From IMG/VR virus record IMGVR_UViG_3300033069_000955: DNA of 64,000 bases; one strand, 5' to 3'. A program made the translations under genes and the position numbers. This DNA comes from an uncultured virus (IMG/VR IMGVR_UViG_3300033069_000955). Its lineage: Duplodnaviria > Heunggongvirae > Uroviricota > Caudoviricetes. Positions within the stretch are counted from its first letter, which is position 1. The number at the start of each line of letters is the position of its first letter. A model generated the notes under the pieces. The model worked only from the letters and a program-made list of their open reading frames with translations, searched no databases and was not told where the DNA came from. Shown one piece after another: positions 10,162 to 19,693 of the stretch.

Positions 10162-10894
10162 TTATTCTAGTAATTTGGGTTTACCTAATGATACGTTAGT
10201 TGGTCAACTACAGAGATATGTGGACCAACAAAGAAGTAACTTATCTATGGGTGATACGTTAAATTACTCAGCTATTAAGACTTCACAGCTGGAAGAATTA
10301 GGGGTTTTAGTCAGAGACATAGAGCCAGAAGAAACTATAGAAGTTGACCCTAGTTCAGGGCCAGCAATGGTCCCAACAGGAAACTCAGGAGGCATAACTC
10401 AGTATCAAAATGTAGGTATGAAAGTGGCAGCTTGGGGTGGTTATCAAAATGGTAATCTTCCTCTTTCAGCATTAAAAGCTATCGGACCTAATTCCAGATA
10501 CAGAAATTGGTATCAGGGGTTCTATTGGTTAAGACCTGATGCAGCAGATGCATGGATTAGACTACAACAACATGCAAAAAAAGATGGGGTAAGACTCACA
10601 GTTACTTCTGCTTATAGGAATGTTGCACACCAAGCTACCTTACAAGGAGGAGGCAGGGCAGCAGCTCCTGGTAAGTCTCCTCATGGTTGGGCTTTGGCTG
10701 TAGATATTGGTGAATTATATTTCAGTGGAACCAGAGCTACTTCGGTAGCAGGGTCCTTAGCAATGAGAAAAACATCAACATATAAATGGTTTGAACGTGT
10801 GGGTCCTCAATATGGTTGGTACAATCCCGAACGGCTTAGAGACGGAAGGGGTCTTGATGAGTCATGGCACCAAGAATATTATGGTACATCTTAG
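10154..10894 (+). CDS. Peptidase M15B (VanY-like D,D-carboxypeptidase family) wall hydrolase
   Basis: SAYR, AAPGKSPHGWALAVD (SxHxxxxAxD) and ESWH zinc motifs. Confidence 0.88.
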   Translation: MDSYSSNLGLPNDTLVGQLQRYVDQQRSNLSMGDTLNYSAIKTSQLEELGVLVRDIEPEETIEVDPSSGPAMVPTGNSGGITQYQNVGMKVAAWGGYQNGNLPLSALKAIGPNSRYRNWYQGFYWLRPDAADAWIRLQQHAKKDGVRLTVTSAYRNVAHQATLQGGGRAAAPGKSPHGWALAVDIGELYFSGTRATSVAGSLAMRKTSTYKWFERVGPQYGWYNPERLRDGRGLDESWHQEYYGTS

Positions 10895-10950
10895 AAAAAG
10901 AGAAAAAACTGGATGAAAATTGGGAATAAACTTTTACACTATTAAATAGT

Positions 10951-11589
10951 ATGAGAATAAAAGAAGTTAAAAGTTATTGGGAAACTGGTGTTTATCAGAT
11001 CAAGAATGTAGTTAATGATAAAGTTTATATTGGAAGTGCAGTTTATTTGAAAAGAAGGCTTAACACACATAGAAATTTATTGGGGAAAAATCAACATCAT
11101 TGTAAACAACTACAAGAAGAATGGAATCAATTTGGACCAGAAGTTTTTATATTTGATATCTTAGAAAACTGTAAGATTGAAACAAGAATTGAAAGAGAGC
11201 AATATTACATGGACTTATTAATCAATGATGATAAAAGAACTCTCTTATATAATACAACACATTATGCTAGGGCTGGGGGACATCATTTAGCTGGTACAAA
11301 AAAAGACCCTGATGCTGTTCGAAGATCAGCTGAGGGCAATAGAGGAAAGAAAAGGACTCCAGAGCAAATTGAAGCTAAAAGATTAGTAGTGGGAAAAGAA
11401 TATTCAGCAGTTGATCCAGAAGGTAAAATCCACCACTTCAAAAATCTCATGTTGTTTGCTGAACAAAACGGATTAGATTTTAGGAATTTTGAAGCAATGA
11501 TTAAAGGTAGAAGAAAATCACATAGAAGTTGGACTAATGTGAACGGTTGGATTCCACCAAATCAAAGAGAGTTTCACGGGGTTAAATAA
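10951..11589 (+). mobile_element. Free-standing GIY-YIG homing endonuclease
   Basis: GVYQIKN..KVYIGSA..RR..H..EREQYY..YN catalytic domain; NUMOD3-like basic tail (GKKRTPEQI). Confidence 0.9.
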
Positions 11590-12285
11590 ATGAGTGATTT
11601 TACTGAATCAATAGATGAATCTGGTTTAAACCAAGTAAGAACTAATCCTAGCTATAGTGCTGGTATTTTGGTTAATGCTGGTGATGTAGTTGCTGAGTTT
11701 GCTCAGAGTCCTTGGCTCCGTGCTACTACAAGTATTAATCTCTACGAAGAGTCTGCTTGGGCTGAGAGGGTTAAGGCTGTTACTACAGGACTTGCTGTGG
11801 TGTATCGTAGTCCAGAAGGAACTGATTATAGGACTGTTCTTGGACCTAAAATTTCTTGGGGTGCATTATCTGGTAACTCTGGTAAGTCTGCTGGGACGGA
11901 AGCAAACATAGATGCTAATCAACTTATAGAAGTAGAACTTAATTTCGCTGCTGGTAGAACAACTATGCCTACTGTTGTAGCTGGGAGAACTACTCAATTA
12001 CCTAAAGGCGGTACTTTAACCGCTAATGCTCCTGTTAATCCTCCCCCTATGGTCGGAAATATAGGTCAAGATGTACCTCAAACAGATGCCATTAAAAAAA
12101 CAGCACAGGGTACTAATAATGCTACAGGAACTTGTGCTATTCCCAATGCTGTTTTACAATTTCTTGGTATACCTACTAATAATATTTTGAATAAGCAAAA
12201 TGGTGGCGTTGCACCTATGGATCCTTTTGAAAACACTAACATTAACAAGGTTAATGGCGTACTGGATGCAATAAACAAACCATGA
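11590..12285 (+). CDS. Hypothetical baseplate-region protein
   Basis: Abuts the previous stop (TAAATG); positional call only; internal AGRTT repeat. Confidence 0.4.
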   Translation: MSDFTESIDESGLNQVRTNPSYSAGILVNAGDVVAEFAQSPWLRATTSINLYEESAWAERVKAVTTGLAVVYRSPEGTDYRTVLGPKISWGALSGNSGKSAGTEANIDANQLIEVELNFAAGRTTMPTVVAGRTTQLPKGGTLTANAPVNPPPMVGNIGQDVPQTDAIKKTAQGTNNATGTCAIPNAVLQFLGIPTNNILNKQNGGVAPMDPFENTNINKVNGVLDAINKP

Positions 12286-12830
12286 GTATAAGCGTATTTG
12301 AACAGGCACGAATAGCCTTACAGACTTTTCTGGAAAGGATGGAGAGTCAGACTATTAGGTCTAATCTTCTCACCTATTCTGATACTGAGATAGGTCAAAG
12401 ACACACAGATTTACCTCTGGGTACTGTTTATAGAGACCAAGGTCAATTTGATTTATATGCTGGTCAAACCAGAGTTATTGGTGACATATGGGGACAACTT
12501 GCTGTTATTTCAAGTGCTTTTGTATCAACTGCCAAAAATGTAGCTTTCCCGTCTATTAGTTGGTTTGATGTAACTATAGGTAGTCGAGTATTAAACGAGA
12601 AACTAGATTTAGATTACAAACTACTAATAGTAAAAAAGGATCTAAAACTGGAAGATTATTTTGTTATGGATCAAACTACTAGGGCGGACCCTAATACAGG
12701 TGAAATCTACAATAAAATACCTTTAACTAAAATTGTAGAAAAAGAATACTTGTTTACTAATTATGAATTGGTTGACACTCCAGAACAAGATCACCATGAT
12801 CTATTTATGGATAAGGTTGGGAAGAAATGA
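12282..12830 (+). CDS. Hypothetical baseplate-region protein (spike-like position)
   Basis: ATGA-coupled; directly upstream of the gp25-like gene; beta-rich central part. Confidence 0.4.
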   Translation: MSISVFEQARIALQTFLERMESQTIRSNLLTYSDTEIGQRHTDLPLGTVYRDQGQFDLYAGQTRVIGDIWGQLAVISSAFVSTAKNVAFPSISWFDVTIGSRVLNEKLDLDYKLLIVKKDLKLEDYFVMDQTTRADPNTGEIYNKIPLTKIVEKEYLFTNYELVDTPEQDHHDLFMDKVGKK

Positions 12831-13240
12831 GAGATTTAAAACTTACTGATGATGGGGATTTGGTAATTAGTTCTGCTGGTGACTTGGAAACAGTTACTGG
12901 GGACAAACAGTTGGTTCAAGCCATTATATTCAGGCTTAAAACTATGAAAGGCGATTATACTCTTACTCCAACTCTTGGAACAAGCTTAGAAGAGTTTATT
13001 GGAAGACAGAATAATTCTGCTACAAGGCTTTTGATTGAAGAATCTATTAAAAGAACTTTAACGCAAGACTTTTCAATTGTTGCCATAACTGTGAAATGTG
13101 TTCCATTAGATGGAGATGAAGTGTTTGTGTTAATTGAAATTCCTTCTGTAGAAGATATAGATAAAGTTATCCAAGTTAGTAGCACATTGGATCTAAAAAG
13201 GGGAGAGGTATTCCCCAGAATAGAACATAGTATTGAGTAA
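12827..13240 (+). CDS. Baseplate wedge/sheath initiator, gp25/gpW-like
   Basis: DL..DGDL....GDL..V.G...L.Q.I..RL.T..GD....P.LG..L..FIG pattern. Confidence 0.85.
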   Translation: MRDLKLTDDGDLVISSAGDLETVTGDKQLVQAIIFRLKTMKGDYTLTPTLGTSLEEFIGRQNNSATRLLIEESIKRTLTQDFSIVAITVKCVPLDGDEVFVLIEIPSVEDIDKVIQVSSTLDLKRGEVFPRIEHSIE

Positions 13241-13257
13241 TTACACTAAAATTTAGA

Positions 13258-14553
13258 ATGAATTCTGAACTATTATTGGAGAAAGTTTCTACTTCTACCA
13301 CCACTCTTCCAGATCAACAAATAACTAATCAATATAAAGACTTAAAGGTAGTAGGTCTTGTTGCAGATAATGGTGCCTGTGGTCATTATAGGGTTATAAA
13401 TCCATTACACATGTTGAAACAACATGGAGCCCAAGTACAGTATAGCTCAATTCAAAATTTACAACAATTTATTGATTCAGATATTATTGTAGCTCCTAGA
13501 CAACATAACCCAGAAGCCTATGAAATGTTTAGGATTCTTCAATGGGAAGGTAAATTTTTGTGGTTTGAAATTGATGATGACCTTCATACTGTTCTTCCCA
13601 CAAATCCTGCTTACAGTGTTTATCAGCCTGGATCCGATAATCTTGTTTGGTTAGAGAAGTTTATGAGAAACAGCCAAGGGATGACTGTTACAACTGAAGA
13701 ACTCAAACAAACTTACGACAGGTTTAATCAAAATATTGAAGTAGTTGGAAACTATATTGACTTCAGTTTAAGAAATTGGAACGTAAACGTTTCTTGGCAA
13801 AATGGTAACCCTATTTTTGAAGCTATGCCTATCAGAAAACCAAAAGAATGGGAAGATAAGATTGTTATTATGTATTCTGGAGGTTCTAGTCATTTAACAG
13901 ATCTAGAGCAGATTTTCCCAGTTATGGCAAAAATACTTAATGACTACCCACAAACTCATTTTGCTTTTTATGGTGCTCCAGATTTGTTTGGCTTTTTAAA
14001 TAGCGTATGGAAAATTCCTGAGGGGAGATATACATTAGTTGAACCACGACATTTTCTAGATCATCCTGTAGGGTTGTTTGGTGCTGATATTGGTCTAGCT
14101 CCTATTCATCCTTGTGCTTTTAATGCTTCTAAATCGAACCTCAAGCTGCTGGAAGGGTTTGCTGCTGGTCAAGCTATGATTGCTTCTAATGTAGCACCTT
14201 ATTCTAAGTTAGCTAGACAACATCCTGAATCTACTTTAATTGTGGGGCAGGGTAAAGGTAATTATGATACTTGGTATAAAGCTATTGAGAAATTGGTTGT
14301 AGATCATGATCTTAGGAACCACATGCAACTTAATAATAGAAAGCTTGCGGTTACTGACTACTCATTAGAAGTTAACTTTCACAGATGGCCTATGGCATGG
14401 AGAAATGGTATAGAAAATGCTAAGGCTGGGAAGTTGGGACCTAATTTGAAATCAAAGAGAAAAGCTTGGGGTGTTACTGATAGGAATGACCCATGTCCTT
14501 GTGGAACACCTGGAGCTAAATATAAGAATTGTTGTCGCAATTCACATGGATAA
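13258..14553 (+). CDS. GT4-like (GT-B) glycosyltransferase with C-terminal SEC-C motif
   Basis: CGHYR..P, EIDDDL, GGSSH..D, DIGLAP..FN.SKSNLK.LE and IASNVAPY motifs; C-terminal RNDPCPCGTPGAKYKNCC. Confidence 0.88.
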   Translation: MNSELLLEKVSTSTTTLPDQQITNQYKDLKVVGLVADNGACGHYRVINPLHMLKQHGAQVQYSSIQNLQQFIDSDIIVAPRQHNPEAYEMFRILQWEGKFLWFEIDDDLHTVLPTNPAYSVYQPGSDNLVWLEKFMRNSQGMTVTTEELKQTYDRFNQNIEVVGNYIDFSLRNWNVNVSWQNGNPIFEAMPIRKPKEWEDKIVIMYSGGSSHLTDLEQIFPVMAKILNDYPQTHFAFYGAPDLFGFLNSVWKIPEGRYTLVEPRHFLDHPVGLFGADIGLAPIHPCAFNASKSNLKLLEGFAAGQAMIASNVAPYSKLARQHPESTLIVGQGKGNYDTWYKAIEKLVVDHDLRNHMQLNNRKLAVTDYSLEVNFHRWPMAWRNGIENAKAGKLGPNLKSKRKAWGVTDRNDPCPCGTPGAKYKNCCRNSHG

Positions 14554-14563
14554 TTTTTGATTT

Positions 14564-14860
14564 ATGAAATATTTTCTATATAGAATTAAAGAGAACAGAA
14601 ACTGGAAAGATAAAAAAGCTTTTGATAGGTCTTTAATTTCCAAGTGTCAACATATTAAAAAACACTTTCTTAGGTCTATTTATACTATTACAATTGACAC
14701 AGATAAAGATGTTTCTAAACAGCTAATTCCTGGTCAGGTTTATGTAATGGAATTTGAATCTAATAGCAAGAAATCCAAATTTGTTTATGTAACTTTGAAA
14801 TCTTATGAGATAGATACTAAGAATTCAACGATTACTATGGTTGTAAAGAGACCTTGTTAA
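14564..14860 (+). CDS. Small basic hypothetical protein
   Basis: 98-aa ORF filling the gap on the coding strand. Confidence 0.5.
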   Translation: MKYFLYRIKENRNWKDKKAFDRSLISKCQHIKKHFLRSIYTITIDTDKDVSKQLIPGQVYVMEFESNSKKSKFVYVTLKSYEIDTKNSTITMVVKRPC

Positions 14861-14899
14861 CCTCTATTTCCTAGTAGTTCCTACAATTGGGCAGAAAAC

Positions 14900-16015
14900 A
14901 TGGCAGTACCAAGACCTTCTAAGAACGAAATCATAGATAGGATTTATAATCGAATCCTTGCTGAATCTACTGCTATTCAAGCTGATTTAGATGGCAGTAT
15001 TATAGGTATGATTGTGAAGCTCGTAGGAGCTGAGCTAGATAGTGTCTGGGCCTATATAGAAGAACTGTACAATCAATCAAATTTAACTACTGCTACAGGT
15101 GGTTCTTTGGATCAAATGGGTCTGCTCATTGGAGTACAAAGAAAAACTGAATCTAGAGCCACCACTTTAGGTCAAACAAAAGCTGTTAGATTTACTAATT
15201 TAGGTGGTACTACTATTAACATACCTACTAGTACTCGTGTGTGGAAGGCAAACGAAATTAACACAGCCTTTTTCACCGTGGAAGGTGCTGCTGTGCCAGC
15301 AGGACAATCAGTAGATGTTCATGTTAGTGCTGCCGAATCAGGGCCAGCTTTTAATGTTGGAGTTGGGGAATTAAATAGCCACAACGTGCCCACTACTTCT
15401 ATTAAAGTTACCAATATCATCCCCATTGAAAACGGTAGTTTTACTGAGTCTGATGCCAGTTATCGAGAACGTATTCTTCAAGAATATCGAAGAAGAAACG
15501 TTCTAAACCCCGACAATACTATTGCATTACTTCGTTCTATTGACGGAGTTAGAGATGTATTATTATTGAATCTAAGCAGGGGTACTGGTACTTTTGATGC
15601 TATTGTTGTTCCGTATCACCAAACTCAAGCCAATGATGTAGTTGCTCAGTGTCAGAGGCTTTTGGATGATGCAGTTCCAGTTGGAGTTAGCGGTAAAGCT
15701 AAGCTTCCAATTGCTAGAATTTTAGATATTAAAATTAGCTTAAAGTTTGCTGTAACTTTTACTAATCAAGATTCAGTAAGACAAGCCGTTAAGTCTCAAA
15801 TTATGTCCAGATTAGATGCTCTACCAATAGAAAATGGAAGTGGGGCTGGTTCGGTATTTATGTCTCAGCTTAGAAACATAGCTGCTAGTTCAGATATTGG
15901 TGTCATAGATGCTTCTATTACTGGGAGTTTAGATGGTTTTCCACTTTCTCCTGAGGGAGAAATTAGAGTGGCTTTGGGTGAACAGATTGTCTTAAGAACT
16001 TTGTCAGTTCAATAA
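14900..16015 (+). CDS. Baseplate J-like (gp6/gp47) wedge protein
   Basis: TATGGSLDQMGLLIGVQRK, G..FNVG.GEL, ESDASYRERI, GV.DV..RGTGT.D and P.GV motifs. Confidence 0.9.
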   Translation: MAVPRPSKNEIIDRIYNRILAESTAIQADLDGSIIGMIVKLVGAELDSVWAYIEELYNQSNLTTATGGSLDQMGLLIGVQRKTESRATTLGQTKAVRFTNLGGTTINIPTSTRVWKANEINTAFFTVEGAAVPAGQSVDVHVSAAESGPAFNVGVGELNSHNVPTTSIKVTNIIPIENGSFTESDASYRERILQEYRRRNVLNPDNTIALLRSIDGVRDVLLLNLSRGTGTFDAIVVPYHQTQANDVVAQCQRLLDDAVPVGVSGKAKLPIARILDIKISLKFAVTFTNQDSVRQAVKSQIMSRLDALPIENGSGAGSVFMSQLRNIAASSDIGVIDASITGSLDGFPLSPEGEIRVALGEQIVLRTLSVQ

Positions 16016-16027
16016 GAGGTAAATTGG

Positions 16028-17455
16028 TTGAATTGGAGTTTACAATATACAGAACTTTTAGATTCTTGGTCTCCGCCTTTAGAGCGGTTGCCTAGATGGT
16101 TCTCATGTAACTCATATACTTCAATTAATGAGCCACAGTTTTTACCAGAGTTCTCTACTGTTCCAGCTACTTCTACGCTTACTTTAGCTACAAGTGGAGC
16201 TGTACCTGTTAGTTGGGTTCTCACAGAACCTTCAAGAGAAGAGAGCAGTAATAATTTTCAGAAACTACTTGGATCTATTTTTACTGAGTTCCAATACCTG
16301 TTACCTTCTTTACAATCATTATATTTGACTAGGGGTGGGGGTTTTGATGTAGTTGAACCAGATACTGCTTGGTATACATCTTATCCACAAACCTATACAA
16401 CTATTCAGGCCAAGTTAACTGATAATTCCTTATACACAATTAATCAGGTGCAATCTGATTTAAGTTTATTTACTTCCCCTACGTGGACATATAAACAACA
16501 GAATAATGAATTTTTGTTTTATGGTTTGTCTCTACAAGAACAAATTTCCGAGAGCCGTAATACTGAATGGCAGTATGTTTCTAGTAGCACTAAATTTGAA
16601 TCAACTGCACTGTCTTATTGGAAACACCCTTACTCTGGTGCTTGGATTCCATTACTTCCTGGTCAGGTCAGAGAAGACGGTTTACTAGGATTAAAAACGA
16701 ATAAAAATCTTTATGTAAGAACTTTAAACAGAGAAACAGCAAAAAGTCTAGATAGAGTTCTTTTACAGTTTGATAACGAAGCTGTATATGCAAATCGAGT
16801 ATCAATTTGGAACTCTGTTGATGATAAGGGTTTACTTTATCTATTAAAGAGATTTAGAAATGAAGACTCTTTGGATTTAGGTAATAAGCTTTTAGCGACC
16901 TCATGGTTTTCTGTAGACCAGAGGACTAGTCATTTAAAAAATGCTTTAGCAATTGCTGTAGGACAATACTCCGTAGAAACCCTTGTTCCTGGGGCTACAG
17001 GCACCGTAGACAGCAGTTACAGCGGTTTTACCATTGCACACACCCTACAAACAGAAACCTTCCTAGAATCTCGTTTAACCCTAAATTCTTCTGGTACTTT
17101 AAATAGTATGTATAGTGATGTTGTCAGAGGAACCGCTTTTATTGAAAACAACCCATACGAAGTAACTAACGTTTCAGGAGTAGTTACCATAAACGGCTAC
17201 TCCCCCTCCAGATTAGATAATGTCTCAGTTTATTGGGTGGTAGATAATTGGACTGCTAGTGCCTCTGGTGTTACCCTACATCCCAACACCTATAAGAATT
17301 CTTCCGATTTCTTACTATTGAAAACTAAAATGGTTGATGTAGAAAACAATAATAAAAGACAAAGAATTAAAGCTTTTAAGTATTGGCCTGGATTAAAATG
17401 GCAAATAAATGAAAATATTGATAATAAAGTAATCGGATTGGGTACTTTTGAATAA
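16028..17455 (+). CDS. Baseplate/structural protein (paralogue of 19694-21028)
   Basis: TTG start with GAGGT upstream; LPRWF and NSVDDKG...KRFRNED motifs shared with the paralogue. Confidence 0.6.
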   Translation: MNWSLQYTELLDSWSPPLERLPRWFSCNSYTSINEPQFLPEFSTVPATSTLTLATSGAVPVSWVLTEPSREESSNNFQKLLGSIFTEFQYLLPSLQSLYLTRGGGFDVVEPDTAWYTSYPQTYTTIQAKLTDNSLYTINQVQSDLSLFTSPTWTYKQQNNEFLFYGLSLQEQISESRNTEWQYVSSSTKFESTALSYWKHPYSGAWIPLLPGQVREDGLLGLKTNKNLYVRTLNRETAKSLDRVLLQFDNEAVYANRVSIWNSVDDKGLLYLLKRFRNEDSLDLGNKLLATSWFSVDQRTSHLKNALAIAVGQYSVETLVPGATGTVDSSYSGFTIAHTLQTETFLESRLTLNSSGTLNSMYSDVVRGTAFIENNPYEVTNVSGVVTINGYSPSRLDNVSVYWVVDNWTASASGVTLHPNTYKNSSDFLLLKTKMVDVENNNKRQRIKAFKYWPGLKWQINENIDNKVIGLGTFE

Positions 17456-17466
17456 CACTACCATTG

Positions 17467-17973
17467 ATGCGTGTGTTATTATGTGACCCAAGTCTCAGAG
17501 AATTTGGATGGGGTGTTGTTGAAGATGCCGTAATCCTAGAATCAGGGTGCATTAAAACTGAAACTAGTAAAGACAAAAAAACTTTGAAGCAAGATGATAC
17601 AACTCGTAGAGTTGGTCTTATTGCAAGAGAATTACTTGAGATTATTGATAAATATCAAATCACAGAATGTAGATATGAGATTCCTGTTGGATCTAAAAGT
17701 GCTTCTGCTGTAAAAGCTTTAGCTTTAATTCAAGGATTGATGATTGGTTTACTCACCTCAAAAAATGTTGAGTTCTCCATTATTTCACCAAGAAAGGTTA
17801 AATTATTACTAACAGGTAATAATGATGCCGAGAAAGAAGATGTATTAGAAGTAGTTAAAAACCACTACACTAATTTTTCCAGTACAACTAAAGGCTTTCC
17901 CAAATATAAGCTACACGCTATTTCTGATGCGTTAGCTGTGGGTATTGCTATTGACAGACAAAATAAAAACTAA
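17467..17973 (+). CDS. ruvC: RuvC-like Holliday junction resolvase
   Basis: VLLCDPS...GWGVV, central Glu (YEIP), P..VK..LTG...A.KE.V and terminal DALAV. ATG at 17467, in-frame TTG at 17464. Confidence 0.85.
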   Translation: MRVLLCDPSLREFGWGVVEDAVILESGCIKTETSKDKKTLKQDDTTRRVGLIARELLEIIDKYQITECRYEIPVGSKSASAVKALALIQGLMIGLLTSKNVEFSIISPRKVKLLLTGNNDAEKEDVLEVVKNHYTNFSSTTKGFPKYKLHAISDALAVGIAIDRQNKN

Positions 17974-17978
17974 GACTT

Positions 17979-19661
17979 ATGAAAAAGAACGTGACCCTTT
18001 ATTCTGAACAAGCCAGAGAAGCCATTCTAAGTGGTGTAAACAAAATCGCAAATGCTGTGCGAACCACTTTAGGACCTGGTGGAAGAAATGTAGTTATTAG
18101 TCAAGGTAATGAGTGGGTTCCACCTAGAGTTACTAAAGACGGAGTTACTGTTGCCAGAAGCATTTTCTTAGAGGACCCAGCTGAAGCATTAGGGGCTCAG
18201 CTTCTTAAACAAGCAGCTAGTACCACTAATGATCGTGCAGGAGACGGCACCAGTTCCAGCACCGTGCTTGCACAGGCTATTATTATAGAAGGCTTGAAGC
18301 AAGTTGGACTTCAAAGAAATGGTGTGAGATTAAAAGAAGGAATCGAAAAAGCTGCTAGAGATGCAGTAGAGGCCTTGGATCTTATTACTTCTCCTATTGA
18401 GCTTACGTCTTACGAAGATCTTCTGAGTATTGCTACTGTGTCTGGAAATGATGAAGAGGTTGGGAAGACTGTGGCAGATGCATTTACGAAGGTAGGTAAG
18501 AATGGAGTAGTAGCTTTCCAGCCTGGTTCAAGTAATGAAACCACTGTGGATATCGCAGAAGGTATGTGTTTTGACCAGGGGCTTCAAAGTCCTTACTTTA
18601 TGACTGATCTTGATAAAATGGAAGCTGTCATGAAGGATAATGTTAAGGTTTTGATTTTTGAAGACAGCATCAGAGCTGCCAGAGATATTCATGGTTTCCT
18701 TGAAAAGTTTGTTAAAACATTTGGTGCATCACAAAAACTCTTAATTGTTGGTGATGTGGATGGAGAAGCTTTAGGAACTTTGGCTCTTAATAAGGTTGAA
18801 AAGGGCTTTCTATGGATGAGTGTGAAAACACCAGGACATGGTGCTAGGGCCTTAGATTGGATGAGAGATATTGCTGCTCTTACCAATGCTACTGTTATCA
18901 CTAAGGAACTTGGTACAAAAATTGAGAATGTTGATTTAATTAAACATTTAGGTACTGCTGAGAAGGTAGTCATTACACAAGATACTACAACCATTTTTGG
19001 TACTGCTACCCAGGAAGAGAAGGATGCTTATGTTGAACTTCTATTAAGTCGAAAAGATGAAGTTGAAGATTTTCCTTTCAAGAAGGAATTTTATGAGATT
19101 CGTATAGCAAAACTTACTAGCGGTATTGCTGTAATTAATATTGGTGCTGCTACTGGTCCAGAATTGGATGAAAAGAAGTACAGATATGAAGACTCTATCT
19201 CTGCTACTAAAGCTGCGTTGGCTGGAGGAATTGTGGCTGGGGGTGGTGTTGCTCTGCTTAGAATACAAAGCATTCTCAAACAAAAGAAGAGAGTCTTTGC
19301 AGACGAAGACACTCAAGTCGGATATGATTTGTTCCTTAAAGCTTTGACCTATCCAGCAATTATTATTGCTGAAAATGCAGGATACAATGGTGGGCATGTT
19401 TTAGAAATGATTTCAGATCCTAAGATTATCACTGGTAAGAGAGGTAGACCAAATAGAACTGAATCTTTTAATAAGAAGACCAGATCTGCTTATGGGTTTA
19501 ATGCTAGAACTGGTGAGTATGTAGATATGTTTGAGGCTGGTATTATTGACCCTGCACAGGTTACTAAGCAAGTTATTACTAATGCTGCTAGTGTAGCTGG
19601 GACTATTCTTACTACTGAGGCAATTATTTTTGAAGTAAAGGATCCAGTAGCTAAGAGTTAA
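17979..19661 (+). CDS. groEL: Phage chaperonin GroEL
   Basis: TLGPGGRNV, TKDGVTVA, AGDGT, ED..ATKAA..GIVAGGG and GIIDP motifs; no GGM tail. Confidence 0.97.
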   Translation: MKKNVTLYSEQAREAILSGVNKIANAVRTTLGPGGRNVVISQGNEWVPPRVTKDGVTVARSIFLEDPAEALGAQLLKQAASTTNDRAGDGTSSSTVLAQAIIIEGLKQVGLQRNGVRLKEGIEKAARDAVEALDLITSPIELTSYEDLLSIATVSGNDEEVGKTVADAFTKVGKNGVVAFQPGSSNETTVDIAEGMCFDQGLQSPYFMTDLDKMEAVMKDNVKVLIFEDSIRAARDIHGFLEKFVKTFGASQKLLIVGDVDGEALGTLALNKVEKGFLWMSVKTPGHGARALDWMRDIAALTNATVITKELGTKIENVDLIKHLGTAEKVVITQDTTTIFGTATQEEKDAYVELLLSRKDEVEDFPFKKEFYEIRIAKLTSGIAVINIGAATGPELDEKKYRYEDSISATKAALAGGIVAGGGVALLRIQSILKQKKRVFADEDTQVGYDLFLKALTYPAIIIAENAGYNGGHVLEMISDPKIITGKRGRPNRTESFNKKTRSAYGFNARTGEYVDMFEAGIIDPAQVTKQVITNAASVAGTILTTEAIIFEVKDPVAKS

Positions 19662-19693
19662 AGACTCTATTTCTATGATAGGGTTACCCTGAC

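Noticed and set aside
11948..11994. AGRTT peptide repeated twice in the 11590 gene
   Set aside because: Only two short copies with no wider periodicity; no interpretable function.
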